A DNA stretch of 64,000 nucleotides from a virus (Duplodnaviria; Caudoviricetes), in IMG/VR virus record IMGVR_UViG_3300026176_000228, positions 32,001-96,000 of that record; one strand, written 5' to 3'. Numbering within the stretch: the first letter of the stretch is position 1; each line of letters opens with the position of its first letter. The position numbers and the translations under genes were made by a program. Under the pieces are notes generated by a model, which was not told the DNA's origin, did no database searches, and saw only the letters and a list, made by a program, of their open reading frames with translations. Of the stretch, positions 1 to 9,162 are shown in pieces.

Positions 1-2800
1 GCAATGCGTCTGCGTACGCCAATTTGGACGCCGCGGCGATTTTCTCCATATTGATGGTATCAACTAACTTCTGCTCGTCAATAAACTGTGTCACGTCAGG
101 TGTAAAGATACCTTGCTGGAATTTCTTGACGATATCTGTGGCCTTAGCGACCGCATCCTCAAATGCCATACCCCCAAAGTACATCTGATACCACTTCTTG
201 GTATCCGCGCCCTCAGTGGGCTTACCGAGATTCATGGCGATGTCTTGCAGGCGGTAGATGGCTTCAAAGGGGCCATTGGCACCCGGCGCGAGTGGACCAC
301 CCCCAAAAGTACCACCGCGCAGATCACCTAAACCTACCGAGAATTGACTACCCTCATCAAGTTTGGATTGGATACCGTCGATGATTTCTTGGGCGAGGTC
401 TTCACCGGCTTTTTTAGCTTCGGCACCCTGATCCTCCAAGCCACTCAAGTCCACTTCGGGACCGGGCAGTAGTGGTAGCACCGCATCGCCAAGCTGACTT
501 TGCATTTGCAGCATCGCGTCCGTAACGGCATTACCATATTGGCGCGCGATATTATCCGGTATATCTTCAATATCTACACCCGGTAGACCCCGGCCTGGTC
601 CAGTTGGTTGACGCCGTGAATAACGAATATGCGCGAGGTCTAAATCTTCCAGGGTCTTTTTCTCGATTTGATATTGTTTTTCGACTTGCTCCAAAGCCTT
701 TTCGTATTTTTTGATTTGCCCTACAGAATCAGCCCATGGCTCACCTAGTTTGAAATCCTCGATTAGCTTGGTAGTGTCATAAAACTCATCAAAGGCTCCC
801 CGTACCGCGGCGATGGCCCCTGCAAAGTTACCTCGCGCCAAGGAGCCAAGGGCTGTTGCTAGTGATGCGACTCCCTGCAAGGTATTCTTCAGGGATTCCC
901 ACATCAGTTTGAAAGCTTCGGCTACCACAATACCGGCAATCTTGCCGTATTCACCTAGAATACTAAAGCTTAGATAGAGGGATTGAATTGTGCGCTTGAA
1001 ATTGACAACCAGTAAGGCCACCGCGCGGAAGGCTTCACCGAGTACCTTGACGATATCGATACCGCTTTCCATCTCGCCCCAAACGACTGTCCATTGAGTT
1101 GCGAAACCGGCACTATCCAGAGCCATGAAAATAGCTTCGAGTTGGACCGCGATACCACCAATGGCGTCCGCGCGGCGCGTGAGTTCAGTCAAGCCATCGG
1201 CTAGGCCCAGTACATTTTCCTTCCAGAGATAGAAGCCAACTGTAGCGGCAGTTGCAACCGCGGCGACAGTTACCAAAATACCCGCCACGGCCCCAAAAAT
1301 ACCTAAAGCACCTGACAGCACTGCGCCCACGCCTGCGGTACCCGCCGCGACGCCTTTGAACGCGGTAACTAATCCTAAGACGCTCGCGCCTAATTTCGCT
1401 ACCATAGTTACGGGGGCCAAGAGTGCGCGCGCGAGGGCCGTCAGGATCACTGCGCTAGAGTTCATAGCTGTACCCAGAACAATCAAGACTGGACCTAAGG
1501 CAGCTAAGGCTAAGGCTAATTTGAGCAGCTTACCCTTGGATTCATCACTGAGGCGCGCGAATTGATTGATGAGAGGCTTGAGATTGACATTGACAAACTT
1601 CATAATCATGGGCAGGAGTTGTTCGCCCAAGGCAATCGCAATGGCGGTGATATTGTTTTTGAGATTCTGAAGCTGCGCGCTAAAACTCTTGGTTTGAATA
1701 TCGAAAATTTGCCTGACCGAACCGGCTGAGTTCTTGAGAATCGCCAGGTCGGTGTTGAATAACGACAGGCCATCGGACAAGAGCGCAAAGGCACCGCGCA
1801 CCCCGCGCATTTCGCTAAATAGTTGCGCGATTAGCTCTTCGCTACCGCCAGTCTTTTGCCAGATATCCGCGAGAACCGTGCCCAGCCCTTTCTTGAGCGC
1901 CTTAGCCGATAAATCAATACCCAGGAATTGCGCCAGGTCCATTTGCGCATTCGAGGGTTTCAAGAATGTCATCAAAATACGATTGAGTGAAGTTGCGGCT
2001 TCCGAAGGCTTGATACCGCGCTTGGTCATCGCGGTCATCGCGGCCATGGTGTCCTCAAAGGGCACCTTGAGCATACCCGCGGCTCCGATAAAGTCACCCA
2101 TTTGCTCGGTTAAGTCTTCAAAGCGGAAAATACCAATATCTACCGCGCGCGCCATCTTGTCAGTATATGAAGTCGCGTTATCCGCGGAATCATTATAGGA
2201 CTTGAGCGCAATTGCTACGGCCTTAGCAGTTTGTAATTGGTTAGCCATGCCCGCGGTTGCCGCCATCGTAGAGGCGTCGAGGACTTTTTGCGCGTCAGCC
2301 CCATAAAAAGCCGCGGATTGAATCTCGTAAAAAGCTTCAGCTAACTCCTGTGGTGAGGCTACGGTCTTGGCAATATCTGTGGACATGCCAATGAATTTCT
2401 GGCCTAGACTTTCTAGCTGGGATTCAGTTTGTCGCCCAATGGATTGAATATTGCGCAGTGATTTTTCGTATTCAATTGTAGTTTTAGTCGCGGAGACTAA
2501 ACCCGTAAAAATCGGTGCGCTGATAAGCGCGGTGGTCATCAAGCCCGTCGCGGAGATGGTTGAGGCTAAGCCTTGCCAGCGCGCGCGGAGATTAGTCACC
2601 GCGACCGTCGCACGCAGAGTGGCTTCAGTCAGGCGATCTACGACCGGTACAGGTAAACCCTGCGCGACTAAACCAGCATTGGCCCGTCGTAGTTTAGCTA
2701 AATTCGTCGCGTAACGACTTGCCATCCGATCAACTTCTTTGGATAGCAAGTCCACGCCACGAATGACAATAATCGCGTTGCCTAGACCTTGTACAGGCAT
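1..2800 (-). CDS. Tail tape measure protein (TP901-like), partial; runs off the left edge
   Basis: ATG at 2800 (MPVQGLGNAIIVIRGVDLLSKEV...) opens a long Ala/Thr/Gly-rich frame with TMP-core-like segments (SLRNIQSIG, ATSLNRILMTFLKP, IAIALGEQLLP). It lies directly downstream of the tail chaperone. It is missing from the ORF track because no stop falls in the window. Confidence 0.9.
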   Translation of the reverse strand, partial: MPVQGLGNAIIVIRGVDLLSKEVDRMASRYATNLAKLRRANAGLVAQGLPVPVVDRLTEATLRATVAVTNLRARWQGLASTISATGLMTTALISAPIFTGLVSATKTTIEYEKSLRNIQSIGRQTESQLESLGQKFIGMSTDIAKTVASPQELAEAFYEIQSAAFYGADAQKVLDASTMAATAGMANQLQTAKAVAIALKSYNDSADNATSYTDKMARAVDIGIFRFEDLTEQMGDFIGAAGMLKVPFEDTMAAMTAMTKRGIKPSEAATSLNRILMTFLKPSNAQMDLAQFLGIDLSAKALKKGLGTVLADIWQKTGGSEELIAQLFSEMRGVRGAFALLSDGLSLFNTDLAILKNSAGSVRQIFDIQTKSFSAQLQNLKNNITAIAIALGEQLLPMIMKFVNVNLKPLINQFARLSDESKGKLLKLALALAALGPVLIVLGTAMNSSAVILTALARALLAPVTMVAKLGASVLGLVTAFKGVAAGTAGVGAVLSGALGIFGAVAGILVTVAAVATAATVGFYLWKENVLGLADGLTELTRRADAIGGIAVQLEAIFMALDSAGFATQWTVVWGEMESGIDIVKVLGEAFRAVALLVVNFKRTIQSLYLSFSILGEYGKIAGIVVAEAFKLMWESLKNTLQGVASLATALGSLARGNFAGAIAAVRGAFDEFYDTTKLIEDFKLGEPWADSVGQIKKYEKALEQVEKQYQIEKKTLEDLDLAHIRYSRRQPTGPGRGLPGVDIEDIPDNIARQYGNAVTDAMLQMQSQLGDAVLPLLPGPEVDLSGLEDQGAEAKKAGEDLAQEIIDGIQSKLDEGSQFSVGLGDLRGGTFGGGPLAPGANGPFEAIYRLQDIAMNLGKPTEGADTKKWYQMYFGGMAFEDAVAKATDIVKKFQQGIFTPDVTQFIDEQKLVDTINMEKIAAASKLAYADAL

Positions 2801-2813
2801 AATCTACACCTTA

Positions 2814-2847
2814 TAAAAAAGTGCGTGCCGCAGACGAGACACGCACT
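2814..2847 (-). terminator. Hairpin plus U-tract after the tail chaperone
   Basis: GTGCGTGTC...GGCACGCAC stem followed by TTTTTT on the minus strand. Confidence 0.55.
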
Positions 2848-3331
2848 CAGAATTTACGCTTGCTCAGCGCGACTTCATACTCATTCGCAACCAGCCAGTT
2901 GCGCAGCACGGCATCTGCGGGTTCTTTAGCCAGTTGCGACGGTAGACAGCTGTAATGCTTACACAGTAACGCTTCCAGGATTTCCCAATTCGCGGGGCCA
3001 CCGTAGCTACAAGCGACGATGGCTTTCCTTAGTTTGGGGCAAGCGTCGTCAGGTGTTCCAGATAAGCATTCGCGACTGCGGACAAGAGTTCGCCGTCCAT
3101 GTTAGCGTCCATCGCGTCGGGAGTCGGCGGGTAAGGCTCACCGTTCTCATCCACGAAGTTCCACTCCAACATGATACGCGCGATGCCCTTGATGATAAGT
3201 TCCAGATCGCCCGATGAGAACCACTTCAGTACACCGATGGGCGGATTGGTACGCGCGGTAAATTCCCAACCCTCCCACGGGCCGGTTAGTTGCACAGTGG
3301 CTTTGTTGATCGGGGCTTTACGGACTGTCAT
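2847..3331 (-). CDS. Tail assembly chaperone gpG (3029-3331) with -1 frameshift extension gpGT
   Basis: Slippery heptamer C-CCA-AAC (3038-3032) lies immediately before TAA. The -1 frame reads LRKAIVACSYGG...LLCKHYSCLPSQL...KRKF* to 2847. Position is between tail tube and TMP. Confidence 0.85.
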
Positions 3332-3351
3332 ATAATTAATATTAACCTTTC

Positions 3352-3786
3352 TTAGAATGTCGCCTTGGTAACTGAACCAGAGCGCGATTCGATGGTGCCA
3401 GAGATGGTGATGGCGTTGTCCAGATCAAATGAGATTTCGTAAGTGGACAGCACGCCCGAACCGGAATACTTGTCGTTGCCCGAAGATGAACCTGCGGGAC
3501 CAAAGACAAAGGTATTAGAACCTGCCCACATATTGAACAGAGCTTCATCGATCATCGCGGTATTATTGCCGATGATTTCGTTATCGTAAAAGCCTTCAAA
3601 GTCCAGGCTCCAGTCCGTGATGCCGCCAGAGAGGCGTTCACGCGTGGTGGAGCAGAAGGTGGTAACCTCCGGCGCGTCGCGTTCCTGGTTGAGCGTGATG
3701 GAGTTTAGATCGCAGCCGAGCGCGATACAAGCCGTGTTGCCATAAGAGGCCGCGAGGTACGCCCCGCGGGCAGTAATCTTTCCCAT
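3352..3786 (-). CDS. Tail tube / major tail protein paralog 2
   Basis: EVTTFCSTTRERLSGGITDWSLDFEGFYD and FGPAG motifs; position in the tail module. Confidence 0.8.
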   Translation of the reverse strand: MGKITARGAYLAASYGNTACIALGCDLNSITLNQERDAPEVTTFCSTTRERLSGGITDWSLDFEGFYDNEIIGNNTAMIDEALFNMWAGSNTFVFGPAGSSSGNDKYSGSGVLSTYEISFDLDNAITISGTIESRSGSVTKATF

Positions 3787-3798
3787 GATCTAATCTCC

Positions 3799-4230
3799 TT
3801 AGCCAAACGTCGCGGTGCGCGTTAGCGAACCTGAACGTCCAACCAGTGTAAATGAAATCTTGGCCGCATCTTCTGCGACTTCGTTGATTTCGTAGGTGGT
3901 CAAGGTAGCGCAGGCTGAATACATGGGCGATGTTGAGGTTGAGCCTGCGGGACCAAGCTTGCAGAAAGTCGCGCCGCCATTGGCAAAGACGGAATTCAGC
4001 AAGCAGCCGGTTTCACACGCGGTCGCGGAATAGAAGCCATTCACGGACATTTCCCAGTCCTTGATACCGTCTACAACGCGTTCACGCGCGCTGTTACCAA
4101 AACCAGTGACTTCAGTAGCTTCTGAGGATAGCGAGAGCGTGATCGAAGATGTCAGACCGGAAACGGATCGACATACTCCCGACGCGTCATAAAGGTAGAG
4201 TGACGCGTTACGCGCGACAATTTTAGCCAT
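3799..4230 (-). CDS. Tail tube / major tail protein paralog 1
   Basis: Start MAKIV at 4230 with GGAGG RBS; EVTGFGNSARERVVDGIKDWEMSVNGFY; clearly homologous to 3352-3786. Confidence 0.8.
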   Translation of the reverse strand: MAKIVARNASLYLYDASGVCRSVSGLTSSITLSLSSEATEVTGFGNSARERVVDGIKDWEMSVNGFYSATACETGCLLNSVFANGGATFCKLGPAGSTSTSPMYSACATLTTYEINEVAEDAAKISFTLVGRSGSLTRTATFG

Positions 4231-4335
4231 GCGATGGCCTCCTGGAAAGGGTAAACAAAAAAGCGGTGGGCATCCATGACAGATTCCCACCGCTTTTAGA
4301 AAATTGTTATTCGATTATCGGTTCAGGATGGTGCT

Positions 4336-4364
4336 ATTATAAACGGCTTTGCAGGCTTTGTCAA
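4336..4364 (-). promoter_or_regulatory. Sigma70-type promoter upstream of the tail tube genes
   Basis: TTGACA-17 bp-TATAAT, a perfect consensus. Confidence 0.8.
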
Positions 4365-4372
4365 GAGGTTGT

Positions 4373-4807
4373 TCAAGACCATTCTTTGGCTTGGACGGTG
4401 CCTTCGAGGGGGAGCCAGGAAGTACCGTTGATACTGAGCGCGATTTCGGGATTGCGCGTGAGGGTGATGCGCGGGACCGACACGCAGGTGCCTTGTAGAG
4501 TTTGATCTGCTTCGATGGTTTGAATGATGGTCGTCGCGCAGGAGTAAGTACGCGCGAGGGTGGCTTCGGGGTCGCCGGTATCGCGCACAAAGGCTTTGAT
4601 TTGGAAGTCCCAGATACGTTCGCGGCCCGTACCAAAGGTCATCTCGGCGTCGTCTAAGTTAGTATAAGAGATGAATAAAGCCGCGTAAGCCGCGTTCTCT
4701 AGGATCGCGTAAGAACAGGTGGAAACATTACCTGCCCCAAACGCGGAGGCCGCGGAGAACATGGTGTATAAGGCCTGTGCGATAGATGATGGACTATTGA
4801 CGGTCAT
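4373..4807 (-). CDS. Tail terminator / tail completion protein
   Basis: Size and position between the gp10-like gene and tail tube; IEADQTLQG motif. Confidence 0.6.
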   Translation of the reverse strand: MTVNSPSSIAQALYTMFSAASAFGAGNVSTCSYAILENAAYAALFISYTNLDDAEMTFGTGRERIWDFQIKAFVRDTGDPEATLARTYSCATTIIQTIEADQTLQGTCVSVPRITLTRNPEIALSINGTSWLPLEGTVQAKEWS

Positions 4808-5328
4808 AACAGACCTCCGGGTGTGCCACTGGAACCGCGAAACGCGGATTGAAAGGCGGCGAGTAAATCTTCGACAATTTCTTTCGGGGCGTCGATTTCA
4901 CCGCGCAGTTGCGCGAAAGCACGTTCATCAAAAGGATTGGGTGCGGTACCAGGATGATGCACGATGGTGATACGCGTGCCGCGCGGTAAGTCAGGCCACC
5001 AGAGATACTTCTTGAAACGCGGCGTGATGATATGCGGGCGTGTCCCGCCCACCATCCAGTTATATTTCAGAGCCGCGTTTGCGCCCGTGGTAATTACGGA
5101 GTAATCCAGTTGGCCCATGCGCTGGACTGTGAAGGAATCGCGTAGATGCTGCGGGTAGCGTGGATCAGGCCGATCCTGATAGGGCGCTTCTTCTTTGAGC
5201 AGTTGCGCGAACTTCTCTGTGGTCTTGCGCACCCAATACACGGCGGAACGCGGCGCGGTTGCGCGCATCTGCGTGAAGGCGTCCGATATCTGGTCAAAGC
5301 CATGCATGTCAACCTGAATGATGGGCAT
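4804..5328 (-). CDS. HK97 gp10-like head-tail morphogenesis protein
   Basis: HLRDSF, GTRPHIITPR and VHHPGTAPNPF motifs typical of the family. Confidence 0.75.
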   Translation of the reverse strand: MPIIQVDMHGFDQISDAFTQMRATAPRSAVYWVRKTTEKFAQLLKEEAPYQDRPDPRYPQHLRDSFTVQRMGQLDYSVITTGANAALKYNWMVGGTRPHIITPRFKKYLWWPDLPRGTRITIVHHPGTAPNPFDERAFAQLRGEIDAPKEIVEDLLAAFQSAFRGSSGTPGGLL

Positions 5329-5331
5329 AGA

Positions 5332-6516
5332 CTAAAGTCCTGCTAATTCGCGAATCCAATTAGCTAAACGCCAGTAAGCTTTGCCGTCTACTGCGCCAAA
5401 ATACTTGGTCACAAACGCAGACGTATCGACCGGCGGCTCCGCAACGCCATCTAAGACTGATACTAACGCATCTACATCCGCAGGGCAAGTCAGGACTTCG
5501 GGATCATTAGCAAAGCCATTGATGGCCGCGAGGCGGATAAAAGGATAGCACGCGGCTTCGACCAGAACATTGGATGGCCCTAGCGCAATCGCGAGGTCAG
5601 TCGCGTTGAGAAACACATCCAGGTGCTGGTCAGAGACGATACAGCGCACGCCATATTCTTCCGCGAGTTTTACATGCTGTTCGACGTTTTGGCTGCGTGG
5701 ATGGCACTTGACCAGATATTGATAGTAAGGTCGTCGTGAGGCCGCAGTAAGAAATGCGCGATAGCCTTCTTCGACTACATCGGTGCAACCGAGCAGGTTA
5801 GTGTCCTGTCGCCAGGATGAGAAGTAGGTGATGACAGGTTGATTAGCCTGGAGATTGAGCAAGCGTTGAGCATCCGCGCGGAAAGGCTTGAGATTCGCGA
5901 AACGGTCTGCGGCCAAGGTCGCAGTCATGCGAATTTCAGCTTTAGGGTCGCGCGCGTGATACCATTGCGCCTGGAATGGCCCTGCTGCCGCGATACGCTT
6001 CGCGGTCACGATATCATGAATATCAGTACCGATAGGTCCGCGCTCATCGGTGTCCATGTAGACCGCGTGCGGGATATGCAGGCAAGGTACGCCATGCGCT
6101 TCCGCCCAAGCCGCCATCAGGCGCGTCGCGGGTTCCACGTCGTTATGCACGACAATCACATCAGGCTTGAGTTCGTCCAGCACTAACGCGACGTTGATGG
6201 TTTCCGGTAAGCGCGGATAGAGATACGGTGCAATCAGTTTCTGAAACATATCCCAACTGGCTTGGTCTAGTTCATCAGTTTTTTCGACTTGCGTCAGCAG
6301 GGCCAGAGTTTGCAGCATCTCCGCGGCATGCGCAAAAGCCAGATCGCGCAGAGGACCAACATTGAGCTCAGAAAGCAGTTGATTCGGGATATCCGCATCC
6401 GCGAAGAGCTTACTGACTCCCGCGTGCGTGGTCCAAATTTCAACCTGACCCTTGAGTTCCTTGAGAATCGGCAGGAATGCGGGCTGCGCGCTAAAGAGAA
6501 TCTTCGGTTGTGGCAT
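5332..6516 (-). CDS. GT-B fold glycosyltransferase / capsule-biosynthesis-like protein
   Basis: PDVIVVHND, LHIPHA, LVKCHPR and SNVLVEAA motifs; likely start MPQPK. Confidence 0.65.
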   Translation of the reverse strand: MPQPKILFSAQPAFLPILKELKGQVEIWTTHAGVSKLFADADIPNQLLSELNVGPLRDLAFAHAAEMLQTLALLTQVEKTDELDQASWDMFQKLIAPYLYPRLPETINVALVLDELKPDVIVVHNDVEPATRLMAAWAEAHGVPCLHIPHAVYMDTDERGPIGTDIHDIVTAKRIAAAGPFQAQWYHARDPKAEIRMTATLAADRFANLKPFRADAQRLLNLQANQPVITYFSSWRQDTNLLGCTDVVEEGYRAFLTAASRRPYYQYLVKCHPRSQNVEQHVKLAEEYGVRCIVSDQHLDVFLNATDLAIALGPSNVLVEAACYPFIRLAAINGFANDPEVLTCPADVDALVSVLDGVAEPPVDTSAFVTKYFGAVDGKAYWRLANWIRELAGL

Positions 6517-6709
6517 TGTCACTATGAGATTCCTGTTCCATGGTGGCCGCGAGCCAGCCATTATTGAGTACTTGAATCAGTTCATAGGTAAAGAGTCGGG
6601 GAATATTGACACCTGCAACTTCAAACGGTGGTACATCTAAGGACCAAGTTTCGAGAAAATGCAAGTGTTGTGCATTGACTTCTGCGGCGCGCGCGAGGGC
6701 ATCAGGCAT
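6491..6709 (-). CDS. Hypothetical protein
   Basis: Short ORF overlapping both neighbouring glycosyltransferase genes, suggesting translational coupling. Confidence 0.5.
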   Translation of the reverse strand: MPDALARAAEVNAQHLHFLETWSLDVPPFEVAGVNIPRLFTYELIQVLNNGWLAATMEQESHSDNATTEDSL

Positions 6710-8373
6710 TGGTAGGCTCCTTGGGCAACCAGTTGACGAAATGTAGCATAGGCAGTCTGCCGCGTTGAATCCGCACATCTTTGGCGATTTGCTGGTAAAC
6801 TTTTTCGTAAGCAGGCAATTGGTTGATTGCCAGTAGACTGCGATAGTAAGGCACGCGCGCGGTCGCGGTTTCTTGTTCCTGAATCAAATTACGGATCACT
6901 CGCGCCATGGTATCGTACCAGGCTTTGTTGTCATTGGGAATCGCGTAGCCTAGATGCTCTAAGTCGCGATAAGGTTCGCCCTGCGTGCCAATCCACGGTA
7001 CACCTGCCAAGCCGCATTCCAGAGCTTTAATCCAACTTCTGTGCTGGTCGTAGATACCGCAGAGAGGCGCGAGGCCAATATCAAAGGTCTTGACAACTGT
7101 CGGCCAAAGCGCAGGTTCTACACCAGGTTGGAGCAGTTTATTGTCGCGCGGCACCGGCAGCATGTCATAGATACGCGGGTCATTGCCGCAGAGCATAAAC
7201 ACAACCTGTGGAAACTTCTTCGCAATGTCATACGCGGCTTCACGAATTTCCGTACCCCACCAAGAGTCATAGTGCGAGACACTGCCACCCCAACCGATAA
7301 CTACGCGGTCAGTCAATTTGAGTTTAGCTTTTTGTTCCGCACGCGTAGGCATGACTTCCGGCCAGAAAGTATGGTCCGCGTAGTTAGGCAGGTAGTAACC
7401 TTGGACTGCGTAGCTCCAGTCTTGCAACAGCAGACGATTGGGCGCGGTCAAACCATCGCTCTTGCGCAGGCCGCGTTCGAGAATGTCTAAAGGTGCCGGA
7501 TCAAGGTCGTGCTTGTTCTCAATCCAGAACGCGTGCGCGGGATTACTCCAGGGTAAGATATGGTAGGCATCGTCTAAGTCAATCGAGACAGTCTTGCCTA
7601 GACCCTGGAAGTATTCAATCGCGTCAATGACTTTCTCGTTGATGACGTTACGCTGCACGCGTACGTGGTCCGCTTGCATGATCCAGTCTTGGATGACCGG
7701 ATTGATGTAATCCGTGAAACCAGAGACGTGGATTAATTTGGCAGACCAGTCTTTGAACGCGGGATCGTGTTCCGCGCGATAATTGATGGCATTCGCAGGC
7801 GTGAGATCACGCCACTGGCTCACATAATCTGGTCTTCCGACACAGTGTAGGACTATCTCATATTCCTGATAAATTCAGGAACCGGGGCGCTGATGAGGTC
7901 TTATTGTTGGGACTCAACCTCTAAGTCTCTGAACCTTCCGTGATACCTTAGCCCATCACGGCTTGGCTGCGGATTACCCGATAATGTTGCCAACATCTCT
8001 TGGGCTTCCCGATTAGATTGGCTACCCTGGCAATCTAACTTTCAATTCACCCCGTTTTTCAATGCTAGTTACCTAGCAAAGCTGCCACCCAGACAGTTCC
8101 ATTCAGTTTGGCTCGGAAATTAATTTTTGTTACATCTACCTAAGATAGATGGTCAAGTCATTTCTGCTTGACTCTGCATCTTTACTTATACATGCAGCCC
8201 GGACTTTGCCTTCATCCCGTAGGATGCGCCCCATCAAGTCTCTACACCTTCCATCTACTGATGGCTTGGCTCGACGTTGCCCACTCTTGGGGTGTTCATC
8301 GAATTTGAGGCGTTCACTGACTTAGTTACCTAAGTTTCGGACTAACATCCGCGTAGATAAAAACTATTTTCAA
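6702..8373 (-). CDS. Glycosyltransferase (GT4-like), spliced from exons 8347-8373, 8093-8113 and 6702-7820 (~388 aa)
   Basis: GAAAGGA RBS plus TTG start. The spliced N-terminus MKIVFIYAD|SQTEWNC|SQWRDLTP is in frame. IDLDDAY, IGWGGSVSH, FDIGLAPL and SWIKALE motifs are present. Confidence 0.85.
7821..8092 (-). ncRNA. Group I intron 2 of the glycosyltransferase (272 nt, no ORF)
   Basis: Exon ends in U with P1 CUGU/GCAG; AATCCGCAGCCAAG, TTCAGAGACT and GATAGTCC core elements; terminal G. Confidence 0.85.
8114..8346 (-). ncRNA. Group I intron 1 of the glycosyltransferase (233 nt, no ORF)
   Basis: P1 CGGAU/GUCCG with U.G at the splice site; GTCGAGCCAAG, GTGTAGAGACT and AAAGTCC core elements; terminal G. 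Confidence 0.85.
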
Positions 8374-8408
8374 CAGTGGTCCTTTCTCTTATCTAATATC
8401 TATAATCT

Positions 8409-8446
8409 ATTATATCAATTACGCGTTATTTTTGGCATATGCCAAA
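8409..8446 (-). promoter_or_regulatory. Extended -10 promoter (TGnTATAAT) whose -35 region overlaps a TTTGGCATATGCCAAA palindrome
   Basis: TATAAT at 8414-8409; perfect palindrome at 8431-8446. Confidence 0.6.
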
Positions 8447-8565
8447 TTCAACTGCCCAATCTAAAGACTAGCCACATGACTTCACATGCCGCGACCCAAA
8501 AGACATAGGCGCGGAAGCTGACCCACAACACATGCCATAGTGCGCCAATGGTAGACGCGTCCAAG

Positions 8566-9150
8566 CTAATCTGTTTCATTGCTGGTAGTATTGTTGCTAG
8601 TGGGTGTCAGTGCGCCAGAAGTCGCAAACATCCCGCGTGCAAAGCGTGGCGCAATACGGTCGCTATCGGTATCGTAGGTGTCTTTAGAAGCCTCTGAAAT
8701 ACCACCTACAAATAATGTACCGCGACTGGTGCTGCGCGTGACGCCCATCGTGGTTAGGTCTAATGCGGTAAATTGACCGAGTTGCTTCCAGAAGTAGTCT
8801 AGCAGCACTTGCCCGCGCGTGCGTTCACCAGGCGTCAGGGTGATGTTGATACGCGTGAGTTCACTCATGCCTGCCGCGTAAAGCATGTTGAGATTACGCA
8901 GCCAGTCACGCGCCGCGGTGCCTTCCGCGACCGGTACATCATAACCCTTACTGCTTAGAGTGCTTTCGATAATACCACAGCCTGAAGATAAATAGCTGTT
9001 GACATTAGCCAGGGTAGGCGAAGTGGATGTGCCGAAACCCGTCGCGGGGCCAAGTAAATTGCGGCACATCCCTGCGATATCGGAAGCCGCGGCGTAGGCT
9101 TCCCCAGGACTGACAAAGGCTGAACCAGTGGTTGAAAAGGTATTAGTCAT
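8566..9150 (-). CDS. Head-tail adaptor/connector-like protein
   Basis: AYAAASDI...IIESTLSSKGYDVPV...LRNLN pattern and PRFARGMF C-terminus resemble gp6/gp15-type adaptors. Confidence 0.6.
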   Translation of the reverse strand: MTNTFSTTGSAFVSPGEAYAAASDIAGMCRNLLGPATGFGTSTSPTLANVNSYLSSGCGIIESTLSSKGYDVPVAEGTAARDWLRNLNMLYAAGMSELTRINITLTPGERTRGQVLLDYFWKQLGQFTALDLTTMGVTRSTSRGTLFVGGISEASKDTYDTDSDRIAPRFARGMFATSGALTPTSNNTTSNETD

Positions 9151-9162
9151 TTAGAAATATTC

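Noticed and set aside
113-2714. Plus-strand ORFs over the first 2.8 kb
   Set aside because: Shadow frames antisense to the tape measure gene
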